The notes beneath the pieces are model-generated. The model saw only the letters and a list, made by a program, of their open reading frames with translations, did no database searches and was not told the DNA's origin. A stretch of 64,000 nt of DNA from a virus (Duplodnaviria; Heunggongvirae; Uroviricota; Caudoviricetes): the IMG/VR virus record IMGVR_UViG_3300028584_001240; one strand, given 5' to 3'. The position numbers and the translations under genes were made by a program. Below are positions 19,527 to 31,800 of this stretch, piece by piece (the first letter of the stretch is position 1; every line of letters starts with the position of its first letter).

Positions 19527-19859
19527 ATGATTACCGAATTTGATCCAAATATTAGAATAATCGTCTCAGACAATGCTAATGAAAAAATAAAAACCATCTT
19601 AAAGGATAATGAATTTATCCGCCTTTATATTCAAGGGGGTGGTTGCTCGGGATTCCAGTATATGTTTGATGTGGTACCCACTATGGAAGAAGACGATATC
19701 CAAGTCCCCGGATCAAGATTATTGATTGACCCACTCAGCTATCAGTATATAGAAAACTCACAAATAGACTATACCAGTGATATCCTAGGATCTAAATTCA
19801 TTGTGAATAACCCACAAGCCACCACAACATGCGGTTGTGGACAATCTTTTACGCTTTAA
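19527..19859 (+). CDS. erpA: Iron-sulfur cluster insertion protein ErpA (HesB/IscA family)
   Basis: IRLYIQGGGCSGFQY, IDPLSYQY, NPQATTTCGCGQSF. Confidence 0.9.
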   Translation: MITEFDPNIRIIVSDNANEKIKTILKDNEFIRLYIQGGGCSGFQYMFDVVPTMEEDDIQVPGSRLLIDPLSYQYIENSQIDYTSDILGSKFIVNNPQATTTCGCGQSFTL

Positions 19860-19926
19860 TTCAAACAAGTGATTGATGTTTTCCTCCTAGTGTAGTATAA
19901 TAATACTATACGAAAGAGGACTAGAA

Positions 19927-20910
19927 ATGGATATTATCGAAGAATTTGGAATCTCAAAAACTGTTTACTCGCTGTGTTTCCCTGAGACAAAAAAAGTACT
20001 AGAATCACTTTGGAATAAATCCGAAGGGCTTCATGACATGTACTCGGAAACATGGACTAAAAAACAAGATAACTACCACCTATCCTTTGCCGAAGCTTTT
20101 AAAGAATGGTCAAAACCTAATCTCACTGTAAACTGGGATGATTTTCCGTTCTTCTATCCAACTAATGGTGCTTCTGAAGCCATTCGTGAACAATTGGCTT
20201 ATTTAGCTACAAAAGAAAACAAACGCATTTTCGTGTTCGATGGTGAATATGAAGGCTATGAAGCTGTAGCGACTGCTCTCAATATGGTGGTTATTAAAAT
20301 AAACCGTGAAAAATACACTGAGTATGCCAGAGAATTTGAAAAAGGTGGTAGTTTCTTTATTAGTCAACCAAGCTCTATTGACGGAAACGTTTGGAATGAA
20401 TTCAATGCCTTTATGAGTTACCTTTCAATCTACGACAATATATCTGTTTACATTGATACTGTTTATGTCGGTTGCATTTCGAAAGAATATAGCATTTATT
20501 TGGATTTTGAAATCATTAAAGGTATATTCTTCAGTTTAAGCAAAGCCTTTGGTGTTTATTACCATCGTATTGGTGGTGTTTTCTTGAAAGAAGCTAATCC
20601 ATTACTATATGGCAACATGTGGTTTAAAAACGTATTTTCAATGCGTTATGGTGAAGAATTAATGAAACAGTTCAATGTTTACTACTTCCCTAAAAAGTAC
20701 AATGGGCAAAAGTTGAAAGCTATTAAGAAATTGGAAAGCACCATGAATGTAAAAATTAGAAATTCTGATGCTTTGTTGCTGACCACTGTTGTGAAAGACA
20801 CCTTTGAACATGAGAAGTTTTTAACACGCAGTAAAAATGCCAAAGAAATTAGAGTGTGTATTACACCAACCCTTGAAAAAATCATTAATAAGGATGTGAA
20901 CCATGAATAA
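19927..20910 (+). CDS. PLP-dependent aminotransferase-like protein (fold type I)
   Basis: TNGASEAI, YIDTVY (PLP Asp), FFSLSKAFG...RIG (PLP Lys). Confidence 0.75.
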   Translation: MDIIEEFGISKTVYSLCFPETKKVLESLWNKSEGLHDMYSETWTKKQDNYHLSFAEAFKEWSKPNLTVNWDDFPFFYPTNGASEAIREQLAYLATKENKRIFVFDGEYEGYEAVATALNMVVIKINREKYTEYAREFEKGGSFFISQPSSIDGNVWNEFNAFMSYLSIYDNISVYIDTVYVGCISKEYSIYLDFEIIKGIFFSLSKAFGVYYHRIGGVFLKEANPLLYGNMWFKNVFSMRYGEELMKQFNVYYFPKKYNGQKLKAIKKLESTMNVKIRNSDALLLTTVVKDTFEHEKFLTRSKNAKEIRVCITPTLEKIINKDVNHE

Positions 20911-21697
20911 CATTCAATTTGTATCAAGTGAAACTATGGATGACTTTATCTATAATAACTGGAAAACAGATTTCTTTAAAAACCTTCAAAAGAAAAAAGG
21001 TTCGGTCGTTGATCTCATGATTACTCGACTTAAAGAAAAAGGTTTGTTTGTATTCGATTACTCTAATGATTTGGAATACAAACACATGTTCCTTTGGTTC
21101 TACCACATCGGTCATCGTCAATATGATAACCCCTATATCCATGATTTGTTCTTCTTTCATGAGTTCTATCACCTTATCTCGTTTCCTGAGAAGAAATTTG
21201 ATAACTTTGAAGAATGGAAATCTGCTATGTGGCAAAACGAACTGGAAGCTTCGCTTATGTCTGAAGTGTTCATCTATTACTTTGAACCTGAATTGAGACA
21301 ACATACTTTCAAACAACGCATCTGGTGTGATGATGTGATTGAAATGTTTGGTTATGAGCAGGTTAATGTGACTGATGATATTTTAATGTTTAAAGGTCAT
21401 AATGAAGTATTCAAAAAAATCACTGATCGTCGTGAACAACTTCGTGCTGGTTTGGAGTCAACTATTCAAACAGAAGATTGGATCAGAAACTTCAACAATA
21501 AAGATGACTGGTTTGTTAGCTGGAAGGATGTTTTCCACACAGTTGAAGGCATTCGTAATGACTTTGAACAAATGGTTAAAGTTGATCCAACATTGGCATC
21601 AAACAACCTCATTCAAGCTTTGGTCGATAACTCAACACATGGCACGCCATTCTATAAAACAGCCATTGAAAATAGAAAAATGTCCATGTCAAGCTAA
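20903..21697 (+). CDS. Hypothetical protein with HExxH motif
   Basis: FHEFYH plus downstream NELEAS; overlaps upstream gene by 8 nt. Confidence 0.65.
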   Translation: MNNIQFVSSETMDDFIYNNWKTDFFKNLQKKKGSVVDLMITRLKEKGLFVFDYSNDLEYKHMFLWFYHIGHRQYDNPYIHDLFFFHEFYHLISFPEKKFDNFEEWKSAMWQNELEASLMSEVFIYYFEPELRQHTFKQRIWCDDVIEMFGYEQVNVTDDILMFKGHNEVFKKITDRREQLRAGLESTIQTEDWIRNFNNKDDWFVSWKDVFHTVEGIRNDFEQMVKVDPTLASNNLIQALVDNSTHGTPFYKTAIENRKMSMSS

Positions 21698-21758
21698 TAA
21701 TGCTTGACTGGATTATTTGAAAGATGTTATTATCTGTCAAATTTATTGAGGTGAGCTT

Positions 21759-22382
21759 ATGGGTTATACATTATCATTACACTTAAAAGAAGGTGCTCCT
21801 ATTGATGCGATTGTTAGATCTTTAGAAAATTCACCCACGATTAAAGAAAATCCATCAGTCAGGGTGTCAACGAATCCAGATGAACATGGCTATGCTAATG
21901 TAAGTCCAAGTGATTATGGTGTATACATCAGCTACAGTAGCCTTATGACCGTAGAATCATATCTTATTCATGCATTGATTCATCTAGCGGCTGTCCACTA
22001 TGGGTTAAGAACAAAACATCATAAAGTCAAAATGACTGTTCCTTATTACATGTATGATGATACTTTAGTATTTGTGTTGTCTGAAAATGAATTAAGTAAA
22101 CTTAGTCCAGAACAATATCAGTATAAAATGTATAATGACGTTGTTAAAAAACGATATGTTGTTCCTACTGAACCTGAAGATGATCGTCAATATGCGTACT
22201 TTGAAGCCTCAAAATATAACGAATCTCCTAAAATGGATAATCTTGGAATGGGATTAAAAGTAATTAAATTTTTAGGTGGTGAGTTTAAACGTTTAAAAGT
22301 TGCCGAAAAAGAGTTTAAAGCTATTAAGTCAACATGGTTAGAAAACTACCCATCGAGAACAAAACCAACAGAAATTTATTAA
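21759..22382 (+). CDS. Hypothetical protein, paralog of 22397..23044
   Basis: MGYTLSLHLK...NPxEHxY...GxYIS...YxYDD. Confidence 0.8.
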   Translation: MGYTLSLHLKEGAPIDAIVRSLENSPTIKENPSVRVSTNPDEHGYANVSPSDYGVYISYSSLMTVESYLIHALIHLAAVHYGLRTKHHKVKMTVPYYMYDDTLVFVLSENELSKLSPEQYQYKMYNDVVKKRYVVPTEPEDDRQYAYFEASKYNESPKMDNLGMGLKVIKFLGGEFKRLKVAEKEFKAIKSTWLENYPSRTKPTEIY

Positions 22383-22396
22383 TTAGAGAGGTTGTT

Positions 22397-23044
22397 ATGG
22401 GCTATTCAATGTCAGTTCATTTAAAAAAAGACGCTCCTGCAGATAAACTTGAAGCTATTTTGAAAAATTCAAAATTTATTGAAAATAATGGGTCTATTTA
22501 CATTTCACAAAATCCCAAAGAACATAGTTATTCTGTCCATTATGACAAAGGACTCTATATCAGTTTTAGCGGACTAAATTCTATTGAAAATTGTTTTGTT
22601 CACAGTTTTTTCAAAACTGTTGCTTCTCTGTATGGAGAGCCTATTCTTAATCCTAAAAATCAAAAATATTATCAATTTTACAATTATGATGACGAAATAA
22701 CATTGTTAATACCAGAAGTTAAATATTTAGCCAACCCATCAGAATACAAAGATTTTGATGCGGACAATGGTGTTGTAGTTGACGATGATTATGTTGAAGA
22801 CGCCTATTTAGAGTTAGAAAGAAGATCGGATGAGGCTCTTGCAAAAAATGAAGTATATAAGGACGACATCACTATTAATATACGCCATTTCACTTTTGAC
22901 TATATCAGAAGCGAACCATACAAAATAGAATCAACCGTACCTGCATTTTTAGTTAACATGATGACTGATGAGAATAAGCTATTCAAAGAAATTTTTGAAA
23001 CAATGAAAAAAATCGAAGATGACTTCAACAAAAATAAAAAATAA
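22397..23044 (+). CDS. Hypothetical protein, paralog of 21759..22382
   Basis: Start moved to MGYSMSVHLK after GAGG. Confidence 0.8.
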   Translation: MGYSMSVHLKKDAPADKLEAILKNSKFIENNGSIYISQNPKEHSYSVHYDKGLYISFSGLNSIENCFVHSFFKTVASLYGEPILNPKNQKYYQFYNYDDEITLLIPEVKYLANPSEYKDFDADNGVVVDDDYVEDAYLELERRSDEALAKNEVYKDDITINIRHFTFDYIRSEPYKIESTVPAFLVNMMTDENKLFKEIFETMKKIEDDFNKNKK

Positions 23045-23102
23045 TTTAAGAAGTAAAATAAAAAAGACCTTAGAAAAGGTCTTTTTTTATATACTTGAAA
23101 AT

Positions 23103-23951
23103 TTAAGGCTTAAACTTAACAGGATCTTTTTTCAGCAAACCACTTTTAATTCTCAACTCTTTAGCTGCTTCCTGAATATTTTTATCCTGAGCATTTTCAG
23201 TCACCAATTCAAGCAAGTCATGCTTGTTAAGATCACCAACAACTCTAGCATATTTTTCATTGAGTCTGTAAGTGTTAAAAATTTCTTGTGTGTAATTATC
23301 ATCAATGATAAATTCAAAATCTTGAATAACATTGTATGCTTCATAATATTTTGCAAACAATTCAGGTTTAACATCATCACCATGTTCATCTGTTGCCAAA
23401 CTAACATCAACCATCAATGAATTAATTTCAATATCACGCTCGTCCTCATGAGAAAAAACCTCATAAGTTTCACCTTTAACAAACGGAAAATAAATAGAAT
23501 CTTGAACTTCTTGATTTTTATCAAGGAAGTCAACCGTAAGGCCACTCACGTTGGCAGATTGAAGCAATGGGAAATACCCAATACTGTCAGCCAATTTTTC
23601 AGCCATTTGCTTACTATGTTCGGCTGTCTCAGCTTTTTCCTGCTTGATCTTTTCAGCAATAGCCTTTTGAAGTGGTGAAAGTGGGTTTAATGACTCATCT
23701 TCTTCTTCACGCTTTTCAACAGAAACACGTTCAAAATGAGAAACTTCAGGAGCACTAAAATTATAATACCCTTGATTTTTTGTTCGAACAATAAAATATT
23801 CAGTTTCTCTACTATCAATTAATCGAACACCACTCAATTCTGTTGGTTTTCCTTGTACATTCGCAATAAATGTAACTTTTTCATACTCACCATAGGTGTC
23901 TAAATTTTCTTGCATAAGACTGGTAACTTCTTCGTCTTTTATAGGCTTCAT
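23103..23951 (-). CDS. Hypothetical protein, basic tail (KKDPVKFKP)
   Basis: 282-aa ORF, AGGAG RBS. Confidence 0.8.
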   Translation of the reverse strand: MKPIKDEEVTSLMQENLDTYGEYEKVTFIANVQGKPTELSGVRLIDSRETEYFIVRTKNQGYYNFSAPEVSHFERVSVEKREEEDESLNPLSPLQKAIAEKIKQEKAETAEHSKQMAEKLADSIGYFPLLQSANVSGLTVDFLDKNQEVQDSIYFPFVKGETYEVFSHEDERDIEINSLMVDVSLATDEHGDDVKPELFAKYYEAYNVIQDFEFIIDDNYTQEIFNTYRLNEKYARVVGDLNKHDLLELVTENAQDKNIQEAAKELRIKSGLLKKDPVKFKP

Positions 23952-24057
23952 TATTTTCTCCTAATATTTATATCATTATAGCATAAAGATCCTAGATATA
24001 AAAGACAATTCAAACTTTTTTTATTTTTTTTTAGATATTTTCTTCTAATATGTTATA

Positions 24058-25959
24058 ATGAAATTAACTAATATACTATACAATAAGATGAACCCTTCGG
24101 AAAACATAGAAAAAATATTCAATTTAAGTCGAACAAATTTTCAGATAGCTGATGATGAACATTTGTATCCAACTTATAGTCCAAATAGCTATCTTAACTT
24201 AGATTTCAATACACTCGATAATTTGGATTTATTCAATAGCTCAACCAATCGCTTTAAAATTGTATCAAAAATTCTTGAATCTATTGAAGATTACTATCTG
24301 ATTGTAAACTCTGATAGTTGCACTAATGTCATTTATGAGAAATTAAGCTATATTCCTATGTCATTTGGGTATCACAACTATGAAATAAACAACTATATAA
24401 AAAATTTAAACACCATTTTGTTTACAGCTAATAATATCATTCATAAAAGTAAACAAGATTTAGGTAACTCGCCTGTCCAAATGGAAATAGAAGAAAATAT
24501 TAAACATCATCTTAAAACAGTGGAAGCACAAAAAACTTTTATCAAAAAAGTAATTAATGCCAATGACAAAATGATAAAAGATGCTAACTTCTTTGTGGGG
24601 AATGATGATTCTTTTGAACCAGAAGAAAAAGAAATGTTTTTTAAAAGAATACAAAAACATATGATCAATAATAAAGACTTCATTAGTAATGGTATAAATG
24701 ATAGATTGAATATTCTTCCAAATGAACTGATTGAAACTATTATTGGGATAAAAACTGAAACCTATAAGTTGATCGAACATGCCAAAGAATTAGGTGTTAA
24801 TCCCATGTATAGAAGTCTTGCTGACAAATACAAAACACTAAACAATAACGGTAGTCCAGTAGCAACATTTATGACTGATAAGATGTTAGAAGATGACACC
24901 AAGACATCATTAACATTTGATAAGAGCAATATTAATTCAAAAGTCTATCTTATGAAAGATTCAAGTATTCTATATGCTAATAGAAGTGGTGAACTTTACA
25001 CTGTGACAAACAATTCAGAACTAAAAAAGCTACTTTCAACTATCAGTAGAGATTTGATTTCAGAAATTTTACCTAACAAACCAAAAATAGTAAAATTCTT
25101 TAATGATATTGCTATTGAAGAAGGGTTAGAAATGAAAACAATCAATCATCTGTTAAGCACTGTCAGGACATTTGCAAACAATCAAGACGTATTAAAAAAC
25201 ATAGGCTTAAATATTTTGTCAATAAAAGAAAAGAGTTTAGAAACTATTGACGATTACTTAAATGCTGAAAGTAAAGCATATAAAGCAAAACAATTCTCTA
25301 AAAATATACTGAGTAATAAATATAAGGGATTAGAAACTCCTGAATCTGATATTTACTTTAAAGAATTGTATGAAAAAAATCTAAGTGAAAAAGATCTACA
25401 AAACTTTATAGGTAAAAAATTAGCAGCTCTTAAAACACCAGATGACTTATTAAACTTATTGAAAAAAGTATTCCAACAATTGGACGGATTTACGCCTGAA
25501 AATTTAGAAAGAAATTTAAATAGATTTGGCATTGAACCTTTTTACAACAAAGACAATGTTGTTGTCTTTAAAATTGATAAATATGAAGAGTGTAAAGAGT
25601 TAGGAAGCCCTTCTTGGTGCATTCATCGTGAAGAAAGCTATTTTAAAACATATACCAATAATGGTTGTCGTCAATTTATCATCTATGACTTTGAAAAAGA
25701 CAGCAAAGATATAAACTCTATAATTGGATTCACAACTTATGCAGATGGCACATTAAGGACTCAACATTTAAAAAATGATGACTATGTGAAATTTGATAAT
25801 AAAAAGCAATTGTCTGAACTCCACCTTAAAGCGGTTGAAGCCTACATACCAAAAGAAGAAATGAATATAACACTCCGAGAGATTATTCATCCAGAAAAAC
25901 AAGAAGAGATTGAAGAAACAGTCAATCAAAAAAAATCAACTAAAATGAGTGTAATGTAA
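24058..25959 (+). CDS. Large hypothetical protein with LGSPSWCI motif, basic tail
   Basis: 633-aa ORF. Confidence 0.8.
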   Translation: MKLTNILYNKMNPSENIEKIFNLSRTNFQIADDEHLYPTYSPNSYLNLDFNTLDNLDLFNSSTNRFKIVSKILESIEDYYLIVNSDSCTNVIYEKLSYIPMSFGYHNYEINNYIKNLNTILFTANNIIHKSKQDLGNSPVQMEIEENIKHHLKTVEAQKTFIKKVINANDKMIKDANFFVGNDDSFEPEEKEMFFKRIQKHMINNKDFISNGINDRLNILPNELIETIIGIKTETYKLIEHAKELGVNPMYRSLADKYKTLNNNGSPVATFMTDKMLEDDTKTSLTFDKSNINSKVYLMKDSSILYANRSGELYTVTNNSELKKLLSTISRDLISEILPNKPKIVKFFNDIAIEEGLEMKTINHLLSTVRTFANNQDVLKNIGLNILSIKEKSLETIDDYLNAESKAYKAKQFSKNILSNKYKGLETPESDIYFKELYEKNLSEKDLQNFIGKKLAALKTPDDLLNLLKKVFQQLDGFTPENLERNLNRFGIEPFYNKDNVVVFKIDKYEECKELGSPSWCIHREESYFKTYTNNGCRQFIIYDFEKDSKDINSIIGFTTYADGTLRTQHLKNDDYVKFDNKKQLSELHLKAVEAYIPKEEMNITLREIIHPEKQEEIEETVNQKKSTKMSVM

Positions 25960-25961
25960 TT

Positions 25962-27671
25962 ATGAGTAATATAACAATAGAAGATGTAGCAAAAATAATA
26001 TTTGACATCAAAGAAAAATATAACATTACCGATAAAAAATTCGAAATTTTTGCATTAGCGGCTGTGTTGGATGAATTAAAAATAGAAGATTTTTATAATT
26101 TATCTATTCTTAGAACATCTAGTGATAAACATGATCCTAGCTATTCAGTTGATTCTAAATATTCTTTTCAAATTGGCTTCCCTAATATGTCCGATGTTTT
26201 TGGTCGTTTTGATAAAGATAAAAAAATATTTGTGGCTACGCATGAAAGCAGAGGTAATAAAAGTGCATCGCATTCCGTTCATACTGATAAAGAAATGTCT
26301 GTATTAAAAGATATCTATAATATTTTTGAAAATAATGAAACGTTTGATGAATTCAAAAAAGATTTTACGACTAATTTAAGTCACAAAATTAATAAAGACT
26401 ACATTGAACAGTTAAACAATCTTCATGACAAATCTGTTGACCTTAAAAAATTGATGTTTTTCAAACATTTAAAAGATGCTGAAACTGTCGATACATTGTC
26501 TGATAGAATAGAACAAATTGATATTGGCTTAGATTTATATCGCTCAGCAATGGCAAGATTACGTTCAGTAACCGAATCTGATTTTTCACCAGTAGACAGC
26601 ATACATATTGTTATGAACAAAGGAACTCGTGAGGAAAAAATAAATTCAAGAACTTTTGAAGCCACTTGTGAATTTGATAATTTAGTAACTAATCATAGAG
26701 AAGATTATTTAACAGAAGATGATATTCTAAAAATAAAACAGCTTTTAGAAACAGATTACGTTAAAAATAATACAGTCACTGGTATTTCAATGAACGATGA
26801 TCTTTCAATAAGTGAAAAATATTTTGCTTTCGTTGGGGTGTTTTATGAAGAATTAAGAAATGATTTTATTAATTCACTTGAAAATATAACATTACTCAAA
26901 ACAAGAGAAGAAATGTCAGCTAATTTTCATATAGATGAAATAAAAGAAAAAATATTAGAAGAGTTTCCAACAGCTTTCAATGAGAAAAATTTAAAGGCGA
27001 CTCACATTGTTGAGACGGGTAATTTTACCAGTGAAGTAACCGAATCAGGTATACAATATCGTGAATATTTAAAAAGTATAAAACCTTTTGGACTTATAAG
27101 AGGTATAGACACAATTAATGCTAACAACTTCAACGTCAATCATGATGCTTTTTTTGAAGAAAGCTATTCACAAGGAAAGCGTGTCACATTGAAATCAAGT
27201 AATGAAGTTGAAACATTGTATCAATATACATTTAAAGAATATGACGTATATGGTACTAAACTATTAGAACCAAAAGATATCTATATGAGTAAAGAATTAG
27301 GGTACGGTGGATTTAACGATTCCTTGTATGAGCTAATTAAATACGCCAAAGAAAATGATTGTGTCTTAGTCACAAGTGACAACATAGATGATGGCTTATT
27401 GTATGATGATTTTCAAAAACACCTATCTACTTATCAATATGAAAATGTTTTATTTTACGATAGACATTCGGTTGAAGAAAGAAATCATTTAAATCTCATC
27501 ATGGGAATAAAGAAAGAAGCTGGAGATAAATTCACGTTTAAAGACCATATTAAACTAAAAGAGTTTATAAATAGCAAAACCTATATAGATTCAGATGAAA
27601 TAATTGAGAAATCAAAAGAATTGATGAAATCGAAAAAAGAAAAGAAATCCAAAATAAATGGACCTAGTTAA
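25962..27671 (+). CDS. Large hypothetical protein, basic tail (KKEKKSKINGPS)
   Basis: 569-aa ORF coupled to the previous gene. Confidence 0.8.
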   Translation: MSNITIEDVAKIIFDIKEKYNITDKKFEIFALAAVLDELKIEDFYNLSILRTSSDKHDPSYSVDSKYSFQIGFPNMSDVFGRFDKDKKIFVATHESRGNKSASHSVHTDKEMSVLKDIYNIFENNETFDEFKKDFTTNLSHKINKDYIEQLNNLHDKSVDLKKLMFFKHLKDAETVDTLSDRIEQIDIGLDLYRSAMARLRSVTESDFSPVDSIHIVMNKGTREEKINSRTFEATCEFDNLVTNHREDYLTEDDILKIKQLLETDYVKNNTVTGISMNDDLSISEKYFAFVGVFYEELRNDFINSLENITLLKTREEMSANFHIDEIKEKILEEFPTAFNEKNLKATHIVETGNFTSEVTESGIQYREYLKSIKPFGLIRGIDTINANNFNVNHDAFFEESYSQGKRVTLKSSNEVETLYQYTFKEYDVYGTKLLEPKDIYMSKELGYGGFNDSLYELIKYAKENDCVLVTSDNIDDGLLYDDFQKHLSTYQYENVLFYDRHSVEERNHLNLIMGIKKEAGDKFTFKDHIKLKEFINSKTYIDSDEIIEKSKELMKSKKEKKSKINGPS

Positions 27672-28585
27672 AGGTCCATGATTTTTTTGAATGCTAACCA
27701 AGTAAAGGCTGCATCGTTACCACTGTTATGCAAGTTCTTGAATGGAATTTTCAAGTAAGTCAACATATCAATAAGTGAAACTGGTTTCACATGTGTGCTG
27801 TCATAATCCTTATACAAGAATTGAGTATCAACAACAGCGTCTACAAAGTAAGACAATGAAATACCAGCACGACTTAAATAGTGATTCTCTGAGTTCACCG
27901 AGTGAGCCAAGAACATATCAGTCTTATCAAGATAGCTCGCCATGATATCCACAAACTCTTCATAGCTTACAATACTTGTTTTACCGAAATGGAACTTACG
28001 TTGTAATGCACCACCCACTTTTAATTTATAGAATTCTTCAATCAAAAAGTGTTCGTAAATCTCTTTTTCACCGTCGAAATAAACCAAGCCAAATTCGGTA
28101 GGTTTGAACTCTTTATCAGTGTTAGTTTGAATTTCAACATCGAGGCACAAAATTTTAGGTTTGTTTTTGGCGTAGTAATCTTTGCAGTCTTGAAGACGAA
28201 CGATAGTGCATTCACGAAGAAGCTGGTTCTCCGAGATTCTGGGTCGTTCATTCGTGTTGTTCATGCTCACGTTCTGAAAGTATTCAATAAGTTCAGCACC
28301 ACCTGTAAATTTAATGATATGGAAATCACTCAATTCACGAAGTGAATCAGACTTAACATCGAAGTTCAATTTTTTCTTCTTAAGAGCTTTAACGATCTTC
28401 AAGAAGTCATTCTTTAGAATACCAAAGGATTTGTTTACATAAAAGCAGAATGTATTGACCCCTAACGAATCAATAATGTTCGCGGGTTGAAGTTCAAGTT
28501 TAATTTTATGGTGGTCTTCCACACTGTGAGCACCACTCAATATAGATGCTCTAATACTTGAAAAAGAGAAAGCTTCAAAAATCAT
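27668..28585 (-). CDS. DEDDh-family 3'-5' exonuclease domain protein
   Basis: CLDVE, AHSVNSE, VDTQ, HNSGNDA motifs. Confidence 0.8.
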   Translation of the reverse strand: MIFEAFSFSSIRASILSGAHSVEDHHKIKLELQPANIIDSLGVNTFCFYVNKSFGILKNDFLKIVKALKKKKLNFDVKSDSLRELSDFHIIKFTGGAELIEYFQNVSMNNTNERPRISENQLLRECTIVRLQDCKDYYAKNKPKILCLDVEIQTNTDKEFKPTEFGLVYFDGEKEIYEHFLIEEFYKLKVGGALQRKFHFGKTSIVSYEEFVDIMASYLDKTDMFLAHSVNSENHYLSRAGISLSYFVDAVVDTQFLYKDYDSTHVKPVSLIDMLTYLKIPFKNLHNSGNDAAFTWLAFKKIMDL

Positions 28586-28821
28586 ATTATTCTACCTTTT
28601 ACTAGATTATTATGATTATATCATTTTAAACAGTATTTTGTCAATTATTACCATTTCCTTTCATACACTTAGTTAAAAAAATACTATAAAATAGAGGTTA
28701 AAATACAGGTGATATCAAAATAGATATATTTTCGTCGGATTTCTATTGAAATGTTTTTATAACTATGTAAAATATGAAAAATTTCAAAAAAGTACAATCA
28801 CCCCTAACCAAGAAGGAAATT

Positions 28822-31800
28822 ATGATAAACAATAATTACAAGGAAAAGTATAAGTTGTATAGTAAAAGAATGGGCGTTTCCATCTTAATCTTATTAACAG
28901 CATGTACCAATACAAATCCAACCAGAACTGTTACGAATAACTCATCAACTGTCGTCAATTCGTCCAATGATAATAAAGGAACTGCAACTCAATTTCAAGA
29001 GGCTAATGAATTTAACCTGCCTACAATGGGGATTGAGTCACAAAAAAAGGAAAATAAAAAAACAATTGAATACGACACAGGTCAAGATATCTATGAACAA
29101 AAAATTGCTAATCCTAGAACAGCAAAAACAAAAGATGTTCAAGATCTTCAATCAATGGGTTTCGGTTTAATCAACTCAACCACTTCCGAAGAAGTTAAAA
29201 AATGGTTTAACAGCCATAAAATAACCTCAGAAGTTTCAGTGGGAGCCAGTGATGATGGTGTTCGCAATCTTAGTTTTGATCTATTAATGCCTTTATACGA
29301 ACAAGACAACAATTTGTTTTTTACGCAAGTTGGATTTAGACGTTCAAATCGTTATACCGAAGACTATAGAAATACACTTAACATTGGTGTGGGCTATCGT
29401 CATATGTATGAAAAAGCATTATTAGGTCTTAACACCTTCTATGACACAGATATTACTGGACACAATAACCGTTTAGGTCTTGGTGTTGAAGCATGGGCTG
29501 ATTATCTCAAACTGGCGGCTAACTCCTACATTAGATTAACTGATTGGAAGAAATCAGTTGACATGTATGATTATATGGAAAGACCAGCTAATGGTTGGGA
29601 TTTAAGAGCAGATGCCTATTTGCCTCAATACCCACAATTAGGTGGTAAATTGATGTATGAACAATACTATGGTGACAATGTTGGGCTATTTGGTTCGTCT
29701 ACTAAACAGAAAGATCCAAGTGCAACCACTGTTGGATTGAATTACACTCCGATTCCACTCATTACCTTATCCAGTGATTACAGAACAGGACAAGACAATC
29801 AATCCGATCTAACAGTTAGCTTGGCTTTAAACTTTCAAATAGGCGTTCCATTAAAGAAACAACTCTCGCCTGACGAAATTAGAAGTAGTCGTTTACTTTC
29901 AAACGCCAAATATGACCTAGTTAACCGAAACAACGAAATCGTTATGGACTATCGCAAGAATGAGTTGGGGACATTAACACTACCTGCTACATTAAGTGCA
30001 AGCCCAAACAGCACGTTATCAATTCCTGTCACCTTTACAGGAAGAATCAGTAACGTAACATGGACAGGTTCTGCTGCACAATATGCAATACCTTATGGCG
30101 GTGGAGCAACAGCATCTGTTCAAATACCAGCCTATAATCCCACAGGTATCAATGTGTATGACTTGCAGGCTATCGGAAACGATGAATTTGGTCACCTTGT
30201 AAAATCAAACATTACTCAAATCACTGTAACTGCTAATCAATTAACCATGTTGGCGTCTCAACCAACCACAATTGCTAACGGTACTGATTTCATTGTCTTC
30301 ACAGCAAACCTTAAGCAGTATTCAGGTGTTGCTGTTCAAAACACAGATGTTGTCTGGACAATACAAGGTAATGCAACCGTCATGGAACAAGAAAACAAAA
30401 CAGATTCTAATGGTATTGCTCGTCTAAAAATATCCAGTAAATTTGCTAATCTTGTAAAAGTATCGGTTAAAGAAGTGGGTGGAGCTGATATTACTAATGA
30501 TGTTGTATTTACTGCCGATAGTGGTACCGCTAAAGTAACATCAGTCACTTCTACACTATCAAGTTTAGTGGCCGATGGTGTTTCTTTCTCTACCATTACT
30601 GCGATAATACAAGATGAAAATGGAAACACAGTACCTGTTAATACACCCATTACATGGTCAACAACCAGTGGACAATTAAGCAGTCTAACAAGCTTAACCG
30701 ATGTCAATGGTCAAACAACTGTTACATTTAAGACAACTCTTGCCGGTAATGCAACAATAACAGCCAGTGCCGCTAAGGGCAATGGAACTGTTTCAATAAC
30801 CGCTACACCTAACACATCAACTGCACGAGTAATTTCAATTAATTCGTCAGCTCCTTCGGTTGTCGCCAATAATACAACATCAAGTGTTATCAGCGTTACT
30901 GTTCATGATGTTAATGGAAATCCGGTACCGGCCAACACACCTATTGGATGGTCAACAACTTTTGGTACATTGAGTTCAAACCTTACTTATACCGACACTA
31001 ATGGTGTTGCAACGGTTTCTATATTGTCATCAACAGTAGGTAGTGCAAGTATTACCGCTACTGCGACACAAGGGTCAATGAGTACACCAGTAGCATTCAC
31101 AGTCGATTTAGCGACATTAGCACCTATTAATCTAATAGCAACGCCAACGTCTGCTGTAGCTGATGATACTAGTGTTATTTTATTTAGGGTGACTGTGCAA
31201 GATGCATTTGGTAATAAAGCACCCGCTAATACGCCAGTGTCATGGACAACAACATTGGGTACTTGGACTTCTTCAACAAGTGTAACAGATAGTAACGGAT
31301 ATGCTGTTATATCATTAAAAAGCAATACAGCAGGTGTTGCAACGGTATCCGCAATTTCAGGTGGGGGTTCAATTGATACGACTGTATCTTTTACAGCTAG
31401 CACAACTGCAGCGGTTTCTAGCGTTTCAACTTCATCACCAACTGTGGTTGCCAACAACACAACAGTCACACTGCAAGCTATCGTTCTTGATAGTAATTAT
31501 CTACCAGTGCAAAATGCGGTTGTAAATTGGTCAACAACCCTTGGAAATCTTTCAAGTGCAAACAGCACAACGAATAGCAGCGGTATTGCAGAAATCACCT
31601 TGTCAGGAACAGTGGCAGGAACCGCTACAATATCTGCGTCATCTGATATTGGTGGAACTAAATCAACGAATGTTCAATTTAATGCTGATCCATCAACTGC
31701 TAATATTTATTCAATGAGTGCAAGCTCAACATCAATGCCTGCTGACTTTGATATGTCTCCACCTACACAAAATAATTTATATGCACAATTATCTGATGCT

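Noticed and set aside
24058-25959. Counting KMSVM as an MxxI tag
   Set aside because: Met is at -4 but is preceded by Lys/Ser/Thr rather than hydrophobics; it fits the basic-tail class.
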